Numbered from the stretch's first letter, positions 25,423 through 39,493 are shown. The stretch: DNA of 64,000 bases from Balanoglossus misakiensis (GCA_040954595.2 CM082595.2:8042317-8106316); one strand, 5' to 3'. The notes: a model not told the origin generated them from the sequence alone. Numbers and translations: made by a program.

Positions 25423-28400
25423 GTAACCACAACTTGTTGTATACATGCTTCATAGCCAGTTTATATGTTACTGTTTTTAATCAAATAGTTAATTCACCCT
25501 CTCAATTTTATTGGGGCAGCAATCCACCGTTGGTTTATTATGCACACCTCTAATAATCACTTGTCGGATGAATATTCTCCACTTGGTAACCTTTATGTAG
25601 TGCTATCCTCCACGATCAAGAAGTGGGTTGATTATGACTATTTGAATAGGGTACCTAATTGTATTAAGGGTATAGGGGAAGTATTTCACAAATGTTTGTG
25701 TACATGGATTTCTCATTTCAACTCATTGGAGATTTTTTTCCTTCATTTTGTGATCTTAGTTAGTTTGGCGCAAATTGTTGCCAGTTTTGCATATTTGTAA
25801 TGTTTGGTCAATTTTTGCCATTCCGAGTCGAAAATCGTTTTTCTGAAACTTTTTGTCAGATAGCTTTGAAATTTGGAAGGCATGTTCCTACTCAGGCGAG
25901 GGGTGTAAACCTAAGTAACTGTTGGTGTGAAATTTGGTGAAACTTTTGGGAAATTTTGCAACTTTTCATCAAAAATTGTTTGAAACTACTTGTCAGATTG
26001 ATTGTAAATTTAGTCAATCTTTGTAGGCCCCATTCAATATATGTGTATACCACTGGGACCTTATGCGATTCAGCTGCTTCTGTATCTATGTCCATCCACA
26101 ACAAAAACTTATAGCCGCAATATTTGGAGTGTAAAGGCTGTTCTGTAGATATAATTTTGTTTAAGTTGTCATGGCCAAAAATGTGCAAATGAGCTTGAAA
26201 AACGTTAAATGGTCTAAACTCATCAACTACTGGGCAAATTGCTTTATAAATTTGTATGCATGACGACTTCAAAGTCCTGCATGTTTTGAGCTCATATCAT
26301 GAATTTTCTATTTTTTATGCTTGTTTGGACTTTTCCATATTTTTTGTAAATAAACAATTTATGGAAGTGATAGCCAATTTCTTTAAAATTTAGCATGAAG
26401 CTTCCTATATTTGATCTAAGGTGGCTTTTGTAAATTGCCTATTTGTAAGTTTGGGAGATTTTTACCAATTTTGCTCAAAAATCATTTTCTCTGAAATCCC
26501 TCGTCAGATTGCTTTTAAATTTGGTTGGAACGTTCCTTGAGGTTACCCAAGTATGATGTTGTAAAATGTTAGTGAAATTTGTGTTCTTGGGGCAATTTTT
26601 GCAATTTTCCATCAAAATTCGTATCCTTTAAACTATTTGTTGATAATAGCTGGTAGCCGATCAAAACTCTGGTTGTACTCAGCTTGTGACTGTCGATAAA
26701 ACTATTATTTTCAATAAAAATCTGCCGAGAAAATGCAGACTGATTCCAAAGGATTCTTATCTTAAATAGTATAGGCTGAAACTATTTCCGTCATAACAGA
26801 AGGGTTCAAAACGTAATAATCTAATGCTGTAAGTCGCAATCTCGCCTTCCTATCTCCAGTGAAAAATGATAAGACAACACCAATGGTATGAGTAATGATA
26901 TAACCCATATTTATTTCAAGTTAACTAAACTGTGATAAAAGCAGTGATAGAACTGGTTTCAATTTAGAAGGTATTGCTTGGACCACGAAAAAAGACAATT
27001 AATACTGACAGTAATGAAACGCATCCCATCCATGCATTCATCAAAAGTAATTTCTTCATGCTTTTTGAGCAACTTGGCCTATGTATAGTACCCTATTGTC
27101 TCTCAATGCAAGCCACTTGCTTTCACAAAACAATCCCATTTTGCCACTTTGTACTGTTCTTTATATTTTGATCTGAATCTAAAAATACCATCGACTCATC
27201 CAGTGTGAGTTAGCACTGTAATGAGCCAAAGTTATAAATCCACAGTTACCCAGCAAATTTGATTTAATGCTTCCCAAAGGTATTGGTTTTGAACTCTCTT
27301 CTGAAATAGGTATGAAAATTTTAAAATTTCTACTGTTTCAACCCAGACTAGTTTATTTCTGAGTAAACAGAGAAATGACAACTGATAGATTATTCCTCTG
27401 TAATAAAGACATATGCAGACACAAGAAAAAGTCTGAACATAATCAGTACATTACTAAAACAGTGTAGGTACATTGTACTATAAACTCAGGAAGATAAGTG
27501 ACTATTGTTTGCCAAAAATGGTCCCAAGTCATTTCTCAAGCAGAGCAGAATAGTAGCTTAGAGAAGCAAAGTGTGATGATTTAAAATGTGAAAAGGCAAC
27601 ACCAATCTCTAGCTCTGCTCTTAGCACTGCAAATGTTATCAGACAGGTAGATAGATGTTCAGTCATCCTATGTCTGTCAACACTTTTTCTTTTCTGAAAT
27701 CACTGGTGCAAGTGCTTTCAAATTTGGTATGCAGGTTTCTGGGGGTAGCGAAGTAATGCGTGTTCAAATTGTGTTGAATTCTGCATATTTGTAGTTTGAA
27801 ACGAGTTTTTGCTGTCTTTGGAAGAAGAAGTAAGCTTGTAGGATTTCTTTGACTATGCAAGTTTCTAGGGATAACGCAAGTTGTTTCTTCAAAATGTGGT
27901 GAAATTTGCATTTTTTTTTTGGGGGGGGGGGAAGTTTCTCTGAAATTTAGTATGTATCTCCATGAGGTTTGTGACATAACTTGCAATTTTGTATTTTGGG
28001 GGCAGTTGCCTTTTTATTTGGACTTAAAATCATATTAGAATATGCATATCTGATTGTCATGTCCACAGGGGTGATATTATTTGTTTACATTATGACCGAA
28101 TCTGTAAAGTTTTCATAATGATCTTTAAAATTGGTACGTCTAATTGTTTCGATCTTTGTTGTGAATTGTCCCTGAGTGATCTTAGTCATTTTTTTAAAAT
28201 TCTGCTGAATATTGCATTATTATTTTATGTCTGAGTCTGAAGAGTAGTCCTCTTCTCTGAAACCCCTTGCCCTAAAGTCAGGTGTCAAATAGTATAATTT
28301 GCATATTTGTTGCATATGGGATATTGTTGCAGTTTTTTGAAGTTCAAGATGGCTGCCAATCTTTGTTTTAACTCTTTGGAAAAACATTTATTTAAATACT

Positions 28401-28629
28401 TTTCTGAAAACAAGGTGGTGAACATCACATGTTTTCAAACAGTAATTGATATAGCTATCATTGTTTCTGAAAATCTTAACTTGTAGGATTCTTTTTTAAT
28501 CTCTAGCATCTGCAAAGACCACTAAAACAGCAACTCTATAAAAAGTCTTATTGCTTAGTACTGACACAAGGTGGTAAAAAGATATGCAGCTTTTGACTTC
28601 TTACAGGCTTACATTTTGTTAGTGATATC

Positions 28630-29318
28630 AGTCCCTTTTTGGTATTGTGCTGTTTTTTTCAGGAGCTTGGGCCCCATTCCCTGGATTTTTTTTGCACACC
28701 TGGCTCTGAAAAGCTGCCACACCTAGGCTTCTCAAATTTGTCACAGCTGTCCTTGCCAACGAGTGTGCACCTTGAAATTCAAATCAGTTATTTGACCTGG
28801 CAGCCATATTCAGTTAAACTTTTTGAATTAATGCAAATTAGCTGGGACAATTTGAAATTGGTCAAAACTCAGAAACTCGACAACCACTGGTCAGATTGAT
28901 TTGACAATTGGTATGCAAGTACCTTATGTCAACCACATACAGTCCTATATTTTTTTGAACAAATAGTTTGAATATTCTATTTTTATGCATTTTTTCATCA
29001 TTTTTGGCAAAAAGTCTACTTTTCTAGAATTGATGAGTCGACTTCTTTGGGCGACGGCAAAGGCTAGGGGGGAATTTAAACGGATTTTATTGCCTCTATG
29101 TGTGTGTCTGTCTGTCTGTACTCCTGTGTAGACTTCTTTTAGTGTAATCACTAAATGAGACCACAGTGTCCCTGACGCGATTTTCAGTGACCCCAGGGTA
29201 ACCTTTGACCAGCTTTCCTATATCTTAGTATTCACAGCAGAATACAGCCTTGGCATACTAACCCTGGTAACCATGGGAACTGTTTGGGCCCCACCAATGG
29301 TGCTGGCAGCTTTAATTT
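28630..29318 (+). mobile_element. Degenerate solo relative of the nested HINE family
   Basis: cttgggcccc near 28667; the 3' end gtttgggccccaccaatggtgctggcagctttaatt resembles the nest tails gcttgggccc...aatgctgcttgcagctttaat. Confidence 0.45.
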
Positions 29319-29444
29319 TTAAATGATTTCTTCTTATCATTGTTTTTTTATCAATGATGATGACTTGATCTAATCAGTTTTTTAAAATAATTTCATTCTT
29401 TTTTTACATTAGGTTCATTGGTAACACTGCTGCTAGAGGGAGTG

Positions 29445-30063
29445 TAATACTTGTAACGACGCCGCCACCTAATACTGTACTGGAGAGATGAACTTAATAC
29501 TTGTAACGACGCCGCCACCTAATACTGTACTGGAGAGATGAACTTAATACTTGTAACGACGCCGCCACCTAATACTGTACTGGAGAGATGAACTTAATAC
29601 TTGTAACGACGCCGCCACCTAATACTGTACTGGAGAGATGAACTTAATACTTGTAACGACGCCGCCACCTAATACTGTACTGGAGGGATGAACTTAATAC
29701 TTGTAACGACGCCGCCACCTAATACTCTACTGGAGGGATGAACTTAATACTTGTAACGACGCCGCCACCTAATACTGTACTGGAGGGATGAACTTAATAC
29801 TTGTAACGACGCCGCCACCTAATACTGTACTGGAGAGATGAACTTAATACTTGTAACGACGCCGCCACCTAATACTGTACTGGAGGGATGAACTTAATAC
29901 TTGTAACGACGCCGCCACCTAATACTGTACTGGAGGGATGAACATAATACTTGTAACGCCGCCGCCACCTAATACTGTAACTGGAGGGATGAACTTAATA
30001 CTTGTAACGACGCCGCCACCTAATACTGTACTGGAGGGATGAACTTAAACTTGTAACGACGCC
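29445..30063. repeat. 50-bp minisatellite, ~12 copies
   Basis: Unit taatacttgtaacgacgccgccacctaatactgtactggag(a/g)gatgaact. Confidence 0.97.
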
Positions 30064-30247
30064 AGATGATGCTTCTGTGACCAGAGGGATGAACAACGCC
30101 ATGATTTGTTGATCTGATCTAATTAATAATATTCATTCTTTTTTTTTTCAATAGGTTCATTGGTAATATCATCGCCGGAGGGAGTCTAATCAATATCTAC
30201 AACAACGCTGCGACAGATAACAATATCATAACCAGAGGGATGCTGTC

Positions 30248-30437
30248 AATAGGTTAGGTTAATAAAAATGGTTTAATCTGAGGGAATGGTAAAGGGTTGG
30301 TGTATGAATATGTTAGGGTAATAAAAAATGGTATAATCTAACGGAATGGTGAAGGGTTGGTGTATGAATAGGTTAGGCTAATAAAAAATGGTATAATGTA
30401 ATGGAATGTAATGGAATGGTGAAGGGTTGGTGTATGA
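30248..30437. repeat. ~60-bp tandem repeat, ~3 copies, each with AATAAA
   Basis: aataggttagg..aataaaaa..tggt..aat..ggaatggt.aagggttggtgtatg repeated. Confidence 0.75.
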
Positions 30438-30845
30438 TGACAGTGTGCACAAGGGTACTGTAACAAAACTGTCTGCATGGGTATAATATTATGGTTTCAA
30501 GGGTATGATAAGTAATTAAAATACTATAAAAACAAGGGTAATGCCACATGGTAAATAAAAACTGTACATGTACAGAGGGTAAATACCGGTATAATATATA
30601 AGGGTGTAAACATCAATGGTGTAATAATAAAAAATGGGTAACACAAGGTTTTGGTGGTATAATAATAATAAAATGGTATTAACTTGATGGTATAAACATT
30701 ATGGGATGTGTATAAATGGTGTTAATATTACAAAGGTATGATGATTAATTGGGGTGTAATAATAAGAAATTTAAAATCATTGGGTAATTTATTAGTGTCA
30801 GGTTGGGTAAAATAATTTTTGCTATGCATTCGTGTAATTTGTCTG

Positions 30846-31045
30846 CCGATTTTTTGCAGCGTTACCCGCGTTCGCGTTCTTCATTGCAGGTCACTCGTCG
30901 TGTAATCGAATTTCGCCGTGTGCCCGTTTGATTCGCCGATGGATTTTTTTACAACGTTACCCGCGTTCGCGTTCTTCATCGCAGTTCGCTCGTCGTGTAA
31001 TGGAATTTCGCCGTGTGCCCGTTTGATTCACCGATGGATTTTTTG
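30846..31045. repeat. CpG-rich ~95-bp tandem duplication
   Basis: cgttacccgcgttcgcgttcttcat...ctcgtcgtgtaat...aatttcgccgtgtgcccgtttgattc occurs twice. Confidence 0.85.
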
Positions 31046-31996
31046 CTTTCGTCATCGTAATTCCCGCATCAACACGAATCCTCAATCTCACGTAACAACA
31101 ATACATCAAAATGTACACAGAAAAATAGGAGTCGGCAAGACAATTCTGGTTAGTGTGAGCCCCAACCTTTTAAAATTCACAACGGGGGAGGGGGCAGTTT
31201 TTCCTCATTTTATATTTGGCTCGAGGTTTTTAACTGTCCCCAGGCGCGTAAAGTTAGTTAGTTTATCACACAGAATGTAATTATCTTGCTTGATTTAAAA
31301 AAACACTAAAATTGTATGGGGAGCTTCTTGCGATTTGTACTTAAGAAACTGATGGTTTTTACCCATAGGTAATAATTAGTATTAACACATAATTGCCTAG
31401 AAATAAAAATTAACTCAAGGGTAGAATGCAACAGTTTATTTTGTGCAATATCAACAGGAGCTATTTTGGCACATTATTTCAGTTTGATAAACACTGTTTT
31501 TGCTCATTGTTTCATTTCGACCACATTATTTCAGTTTGATAAAAACTGTTTTTGCTTATTGTTTTATTTCAACCACTTTTGTCACCTTGTTTTAAATTGA
31601 ATGCAAGCATTGTTTCTGTTTGACCACTACTTGGGGTAATTGTTCCAAATTGGTATGCAAGATATTTTACATCAGCAGTTAGCCATCTAGCCACACTTTA
31701 GCTGCACAGCATATGAAAAATAATGAAATTCATGCAAAAAGCAAAAAAGTATTATGGGTATAATGCCATTGCAGCATTGGCGGTTCGACTCCGTCGATAC
31801 TTACTTTGAAGCATAAGTCTTCATTATTTTTCATATGTAATAAATAAAACTATTCCAAATTCATATCTTTGTTTTCAGTTTGTGCTTTTGCTTCAGTTAG
31901 GGGGCCCACACTTACCAAACCTGTCTTGCCATCTTTTCACATTTCTTTAAATATGCAGCGCCAGCAGTAGGCAGTATTTGATCAAATTGACCAACA

Positions 31997-34900
31997 AATC
32001 ACTCAAAATTAATAGGCAGGATACTGTCCACTCTGGCCTGGTTACTGTCTGGCCTGGTTAATGTTGACGCAAAGGTTGACTCCACCAAACACTCAAAATT
32101 AATGGACAGGATACTGTCCACTCTGGCCTGGTTACAGTGTGCTCTGGTTAATGTTGACGCAAAGGTTGTCCACCAAACACTCAAAATTAATGGACAGGAT
32201 ACTGTCCACTCTGGCCTGGTTACTATCTGGCCTAGTTAATGTTGACGCAAAGGTTGACCCCACCAAACACTCGAAATTAATGGGCAGCATACTGTCCACT
32301 CTGGCCTGGTTACTATCTGGCCTGGTTAATGTTGACGCAAAGGTTGACCCCACCAGACACTCAAAATTAATGGACAGGATACTGTCGACTCTGGCCTGGT
32401 TACTATCTGGCCTGGTTAATGTTGACGCAAAGGTTGACCCCACCAGACACTCAAAATTAATGGACAGGATACTGTCGACTCTGGCCTGGTTACTGTCTGG
32501 CCTGGTTAATGTTGACGCAAAGGTTGACCCCACCAAACACTCGAAATTAATGGGCAGAATACTGTCCACTCTCTGCCTGGTTACTTTCAGGCCGGGTTAA
32601 TGTTGACGCAAAGGTTGACCCAACCAAACACTCGAAATTAATGGGCAGGATACTGTCCACTCTAGCCGTGTTACTGTCTGGCCTGGTTAATGTTGACGCA
32701 ACGGTTGACCCCACCAAACACTCGAAATTAATGGGCAGAAAACTGTCCACTCTCAGCCTGGTTACTGTCTGGCCTGGTTAATGTTGACGCAAAGGTTGAC
32801 CCAACCAAACACTCGAAATTAATGGGCAGAATACTGTCCACTCTGGACATGTTACTGTCTGGCCTGGTTAATGTTGACGCAAAGGTTGACCCCACCAAAC
32901 ACTCGAAATTAATGGGCAGAATACTGTCCACTCTGGCCTGGTTACTGTGTGCTCTGGTTAATGTTGACGCAAAGGTTGACCCCACCAAACACTCGAAATT
33001 AATGGGCAGAATACTGTCCACTCTGGCCTGGTTACTGTCTTGCCTGGTTAATGTTGACGCAAAGGTTGACCCCACCAAACACTCGAAATTAATGGGCAGA
33101 ATACTGTCCACTCTGGCCTTGTTACTGTCTGGCCTTGTTAATGTTGACGCAAAGGTTGACCCCACCAAACACTCGAAATTAATGGGCAGAACACTGTCCA
33201 ATCTCTGCCTGGTTACTGTCTGGCCTGGTTAATGTTGACGCAACGGTTGACCCCACAAAACACTCGAAATTAATGGGCAGGATACTGTCCACTCTGGCCT
33301 TGTTACTGTCTGGCCTGGTTAATGTTGACGCAAAGGTTGACCCCACCAAACACTTGAAATTAATGGGCAGAATACTGTCCAATCTCCGCCTGGTTACTGT
33401 CTGGCCAGGTTAATGTTGACGCAACGGTTGACCCCACCAAACACTCGAAATTAATGGGCAGGATACTGTCCACTCTGGCCTTGTTACTGTCTGGCCTGGT
33501 TAATGTTGACGCAAAGGTTGACCCCACCAAACACTCGAAATTAATGGGCAGAATACTGTCCAATCTCCGCCTGGTTACTGTCTGGCCTGGTTAATGTTGA
33601 CGCAACGGTTGACCCCACCAAACACTCGAAATTAATGGGCAGGATACTGTCCACTCTGGCCCTGTTACTGTCTGGCCTGGTTAATGTTGACGCAAAGGTT
33701 GACCCCACCAAACACTTGAAATTAATGGGCAGAATACTGTCCAATCTCCGCCTGGTTACTTTCAGGCCTGGTTAATGTTGACGCAAAGGTTGACCCAACC
33801 AAACACTCGAAATTAATAGGCAGAATACTGTCCACTCTCCGCCTGGTTACTGTCTGGCCTGGTTAATGTTGACGCAACGGTTGACCCCACCAAACACTCG
33901 AAATTAATGGGCGGAATACTGTCCACTCTCTGCCTGGTTACTTTCAGGCCAGGTTAATGTTGACGCAAAGGTTGACCCCACCAAACACTCGAAATTAATG
34001 GGCAGGATACTGTCCACTCTGGCCGTGTTACTGTCAGGCCTGGTTAATGTTGACGCAACGGTTGACCCCACCAAACACTCGAAATTAATGGGCAGAATAC
34101 TGTCCACTCTCCGCCTGGTTACTGTCTGGCCTGGTTAATGTTGACGCAACGGTTGACCCCACCAAACACTCGAAATTAATGGGCAGAATACTGTCCACTC
34201 TCTGCCTGGTTACTTTCAGGCCAGGTTAATGTTGACGCAAAGGTTGACCCCACCAAACACTCGAAATTAATGGGCAGGATACTGTCCACTCTGGCCGTGT
34301 TACTGTCAGGCCTGGTTAATGTTGACGCAACGGTTGACCCCACCAAACACTCGAAATTAATGGGCAGAATACTGTCCACTCTCCGCCTGGTTACTGTCTG
34401 GCCTGGTTAATGTTGAGGCAAAGGTTGACCCAACCAAACACTCGAAATTAATTGGCAGAATACTGTCCACTCTGGCCTTGTTACTGTCTGGCCTGGTTAA
34501 TGTTGACGCAAAGGTTGACCCCACCAAACACACAAAATTAATGGGCAGCATACTGTCCACTCTGGCCTGGTTATTGTGTGCTGTGGTTAATGTTGACAAA
34601 CAGGTTGACCCCACTAAACACTCAAAATAAATTGGCAGCATACTGTCCACTCTTGCCTGGTTACTGTGTGCCCTGGATAATGTTGACGCAAAGGTTAACC
34701 CCTACCAAACACTCAAAATTAATGGGCAGAATACTGTCCACTTTGGCCTGGTTAATGTGTGCTCTGGTTAATGTTGACACAAAGGTTGACCCCTACCAAA
34801 CACTCAAAATTAATGGGCAGCATACTGTCCACTCTGGCCTTGTTACTGTGTGCTCTGGTTAATGTTGACAAACAGGTTGACCCCACCAAACACTCAAAAT

Positions 34901-35890
34901 TAATGGGCAGAATACTGTCCACTTTGGCCTGGTTAATGTGTGCTCTGGTTAATGTTGACGCAAAGGTTGACCCCTACCAAACACTCAAAATTAATGGGCA
35001 GCATACTGTCCACTCTGGCCTTGTTACTGTGTGCTCTGGTTAATGTTGACACAAAGGTTGACCCCACCAAACACTCAAAATTAATGGGCAGCATACTGTC
35101 CACTCTGGCCTGGTTACTGTGTGCTCTGGTTAATGTTGACACAAAGGTTGACCCCACAAAACACTCAAAATTAATGGGCAACATACTGTCCACTCTGGCC
35201 TGGTTACTGTGTGCTCTGGTTAATGTTGACGCAAAGGTTGACCCCACAAAACACTCAAAATTAATGGGCAACATACTGTCCACTCTGGCCTGGTTACTGT
35301 GTGCTCTGGTTAATGTTGACGCAAAGGTTGACCCCACCAAACACTCAAAATTAATGGGCAGCATACTGTACACTCTGGCCTGGTTACTGTGTGCTCTGGT
35401 TAATGTTGACGCAAAGGTTGACCCCACCAAACACTCAAAATTAATGGGCAGCATACTGTCCACTCTGGCCTGGTTACTGTGTGCTCTGGTTAATGTTGAC
35501 GCAAAGGTTGACCCCACCAAACACTCAAAATAAATGGGCAGCATACTGTCCACTCTTGCCTGGTTGCTGTGTGCTCTGGTTAATGTTGACGCACAGGTTG
35601 TCCCCACCAAACACTCAAAATTAATGGGCAACATACTGTCCACTCTGGCCTGGTTACTGTGTGCTCTGGTTAATGTTGACGCAAAGGTTGACCCCACCAA
35701 TCACTCAAAATTAATGGGCAGCATACTGTCCACTCTGGCCTGGTTACTGTGTGCTCTGGTTAATGTTGACGGAAAGGTTGACCCCACCAAACACTCAAAA
35801 TTAATGGGCAGCATACTGTCCACTCTGGCCTGGTTACTGTGTGCTCTGGTTAATTTTGACGCAAAGGTTGACCCCACCAAACACTCAAAA
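31997..35890. repeat. 90/91-bp satellite array, ~43 copies
   Basis: Unit aaacactc(a/g)aaattaatgggcag.atactgtccactctggcctggttactgt.tg..ctggttaatgttgacgcaaaggttgaccccacc; it produces the 30-aa periodic ORFs on both strands. Confidence 0.98.
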
Positions 35891-36076
35891 CCAGATATTA
35901 ACTGAATATGCTCACGTGCAGTACTGTGATTGGTTGACAGAATAACAAGATAAGAAAAACCAGTGTTAAACCATGTTGGTTTATAGTGTATATGGTGCAA
36001 GGGTTGTGTGTTGCACCATTGTGAAATGTAAACATGTTTGTGGAATTGTTGCCTTGTCAATTTTTGTAAGGGGTTA

Positions 36077-36463
36077 GGGACGATGTCAAATAACAAAAAA
36101 TAAGTTTAGCTTGAAACCCCTGCACTCCCCCTTGTAACCTAATTGTTGAATACTGATCAGTGCCTCTTATTATTTCATTATTGTGACAACTCCATATTTA
36201 AACCATAACCAGGATAGAAAAGTACACTATCACACATATTGATATTTCGACAATATTTGAATGAAAACATTTCTTTTCAATTCTGAGTTTACATCAGGTC
36301 TTGATTGATTTTTCTGCTTATAGAATAAGAATATGCAATGTAAAGAATTCTCGACTTACTCAACTATTTTGTTCGATGGAACACTTTTTTGGGTCAAAAC
36401 CCCCACCCCCTAAACTTCAAGAAGTAAGATTTTTATCAGACCTGAATCCTTTGACATCGTCCC
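36077..36463. mobile_element. PIF/Harbinger-type MITE
   Basis: TIR gggacgatgtcaaa / tttgacatcgtccc with tta on both flanks (36074-36076, 36464-36466). Confidence 0.8.
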
Positions 36464-37669
36464 TTAACTTGGCAAGGGGTACTGGAAATTGAGGTGGTTG
36501 TGATGCAACAGGTGTGCCCTCGTGTGTTAATAGAAGAGAGGATGAAGTCAGTGGGCTAACCATTGCTGTTGAGGGCGCTCTTACATATTCGAGGTTGCAG
36601 GTTGAGCTTTGTATCGTTTGCATTTTAAATAAAATGTGTAGAGCTATGGATGAGATCTAATATCCAACATGGAATAGTAAAAAAGGAGTCTTATACCAGT
36701 TCCTGAACAAAAAAAATTAACGTCAGATTTGTTTTCTTGATAAAATTTCACTACAGATTGATACGAAATGTGAGAAAAATTGTCCTCTGCTTTCATTATG
36801 GTCTTGCATCATACCCAGGGTTAGTGTTGGTCATTCAAGTTTAATGAGAAAATTTCCTAAAACACCAATTTGAGGTTTCGTAACACATAACACCCATAGG
36901 GACTTTAACACCAAATTTCAGACACAGCAGACAAATACTTTTAGAGAAGTTTTATTGATCAGAACTAACAATTTCCCCAAATAGGGATAAAACACCAAAA
37001 AATAGAAAACTAAAGATCTCTTCACAACAGGTGGTCTACTCAAGGTACTGCATACCAATTTTCAAAGCAATCCGAACAGCAGTTCTGGAGTCAATTTTCC
37101 ACATTTGAGCTTAGTATAATTTGGGCAATGTCACCTTCATTTGAATGAAACTACAGCAGTTCTCAAGTTTTTTTGCAATATATCGATGCTGAATTGTGCT
37201 ATAAACCTGCATTGGTATGTGTACCGAAACAGATGTAGAAAATATCGCTGTTCTACACTAGTGGTTGTAATAATTCAAACATCTGGTAAGAAAATGAATG
37301 TGTCCTACATTGGCAACAGAATCAGATATCTGGTAGGTAAAAGCTCACATTGGTGTGGATACAAAGTGTGAAGTTGCGTTAATTTTAACAGACACAAGAA
37401 CAGGAACAAAGTAAACAAATTTAAAAAAAGCAACAATTGTCTTAGAACTTACTATGGATGAGAATGGTCTGGAAGACGTACACACCACATATTTTATGCC
37501 AGCTATATAAGTGTAGCTCGTATTAGAAATATTGCTGAAAATGGTCTCTCCCCCCCCCCCCCCCAAATACAAATTTGTGGGTTTTCCTACACCTCGATCA
37601 AATGATTCATCTCACATCCCGAAAAATGTGCATAGTAAATTTTAAAGCTATTAGGAGTACTCTGATAGA

Positions 37670-38270
37670 AAAGTGAACTTGACAAAAAATGCCTTAAAAC
37701 ATAACTTTGCATATTTTAAGCACATTTAATAAAAACAATCTGATTACTGTTATCCCTGGGTTTCTGAATGCCAAATATCAAAGCCATCCCATGTACAGTT
37801 TTTAGGAAGATTTGAAAAGAATTTCTGAACAAACTGCTTTAAAACACAAATTATTACTTTTAAAGGACACTTAAAAAAATCTATTTACTGTTATCCCTAG
37901 GCTTCTGAATACCTAATATCAAAGCCATCTGATGTGCAGTATTTTAGGAAGATTTCAAAAGAACTGAGCAAACAGCCTTAAAACACAAATTTGCATATTT
38001 TAAGCACACTGAAAAAAACTCTATTCACTGTCATTCCTGGGCTTTTGAATACCTAATATCAAAGCTGTCCAATGTGCATTTTTTTGGAGGAGAGTTCAAA
38101 TGAATTAATGAACAAACTGCCTCAAAACACAAATGTACATATTTTAAGCACACTTTTAAAAAATCTTATTACTGTCATTCCTGTGTCTGAGTACCAAATA
38201 TCAAAGTCGTCTGATGTGCACGTTTGATGAAAAAGACTTCTAAAATATTTTTGAAGAAACTATCTTAAAT
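37670..38270. repeat. Degenerate ~140-bp tandem repeat, ~4 copies
   Basis: actgt(t/c)at.cct.ggc/tt.tgaatacc.aatatcaaagc recurs near 37745, 37887, 38027 and 38171. Confidence 0.75.
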
Positions 38271-38405
38271 TCTAATGTCCAACGAGTTCGTGTGGGTAAC
38301 AAAACTGAAACTATTCACCACTCTAATAGTGGCTGAAAACATTGAAATCCTAGCAATGCGCCTGCAGAGTCATTGTAAAAGAATGTGATGTATGGTAGGG
38401 AAAGC

Positions 38406-38439
38406 TCAGCGTTTGCCCTTGCTAGGTTTGGTTCTGTAC
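38406..38439 (-). CDS. Tandem OB-fold (HIN-like) gene, probable last coding exon: (R)YRTKPSKGKR*
   Basis: Acceptor cttatttccag|, phase 2 matches the upstream exon; alternatively the protein stops by read-through at 38965. Confidence 0.5.
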
Positions 38440-38968
38440 CTGGAAATAAGAGGCAAATAATTACATTGTAAGAATGGGTGATAAAAATAATCTAATGTTT
38501 GCAACCTGACTGATATTCATTGTCAAGCAACTTTAAGATGTCTGGAGATCTTGAAATATTTTTTTCAGGACAATTTGGTTACATCTTACTAATACAATCT
38601 CCAAGATCCTACACACCAAACTTGAAAGAAATCTGATAAGTGGATTCAGAGAAAATGATTCGGTCAAAAAACGGAAAGAATTGCCCTCAAGAGAGAATTA
38701 TTCAAAGTTCACTACAATTTTAAGCGAGTAAGGAAATCTCTAGGAAGCTTGCAAACGAAGTTTCAAAGCAATTGGACCATTGGTTTCAGATATTTTTAAC
38801 AAACAAAGAATGGCAAAATTTGCTCCAAAAATCCAATCATGCATATGTCAGGACAATCTGAATACATGTTACTGAAAATATCCATAGAAACCTGTACACC
38901 ATGACAGACATTCCACCAATGTGATGAGCTCAGTTGTCACCGACAGCAGACCGAAAAAGTAGTTTTAC

Positions 38969-39103
38969 CTCAATTGTACAACTGTTCCGTTGTCTTTCTT
39001 GTATACAATCTGCACTGGCAGTTTGGATATAATGTCCTCTTCAGAGCCAAGGGAACTGATATCTGCCTTGTATGGCGTGTACACACCATCTATGACCAGA
39101 CAT
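38969..39103 (-). CDS. Tandem OB-fold gene, coding exon 5: (K)CLVIDGVYTPY...NGTVVQL
   Basis: Acceptor ttttttctcttccacag|, donor |gtaaaa, 135 nt, phase 2/2, open. Confidence 0.8.
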
Positions 39104-39493
39104 CTGTGGAAGAGAAAAAAAAGTTCGTGCATTTTTTGGATGAACTTTTTGAAAGGGGAAGACAACACAGCTATGATTTTCTTCACATGTCCCAAGGAAA
39201 GCCAAGTTGGTTTGTGCCAAATACTAAAATGTTATGATTTAAGTATTTTCAATGGATGTGAAATTGACAATATACAACTTGGTTGTAAAAGTGACATTTT
39301 TAATCATAACCAGGTTATACTACTGGTCAGAACAGAGTGCATGCTCGTGTATTAATAGTATTTTTGGCAGATGAGATCACCATCAGACGTTGTCCAATAT
39401 GAAGAATTTAAATTTGGTGTCGTTTGTCAAGTAGTTTAGCCAAAGATAACGCCACACTGACATGTGTGGAAGTGATAATGAAGATGTACTAAC

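Noticed and set aside
29445-30063. 50-bp array as a CRISPR
   Set aside because: No unique spacers, no cas genes, eukaryotic context; it is a plain minisatellite
31999-35905. Long periodic ORFs (up to 255 aa) on both strands
   Set aside because: They arise from a 90-bp unit lacking stops in some frames; 1-bp indels repeatedly break the frame, so there is no coding constraint
36417-36623. 68-aa - strand ORF as a further exon
   Set aside because: It runs into a MITE terminus, is low-complexity and lacks a good acceptor
38920-38960. Hammerhead ribozyme-like tgatgag...gaaa
   Set aside because: Core lacks CUGAUGA and the required stems; it looks more like a decayed inverted terminus of a repeat
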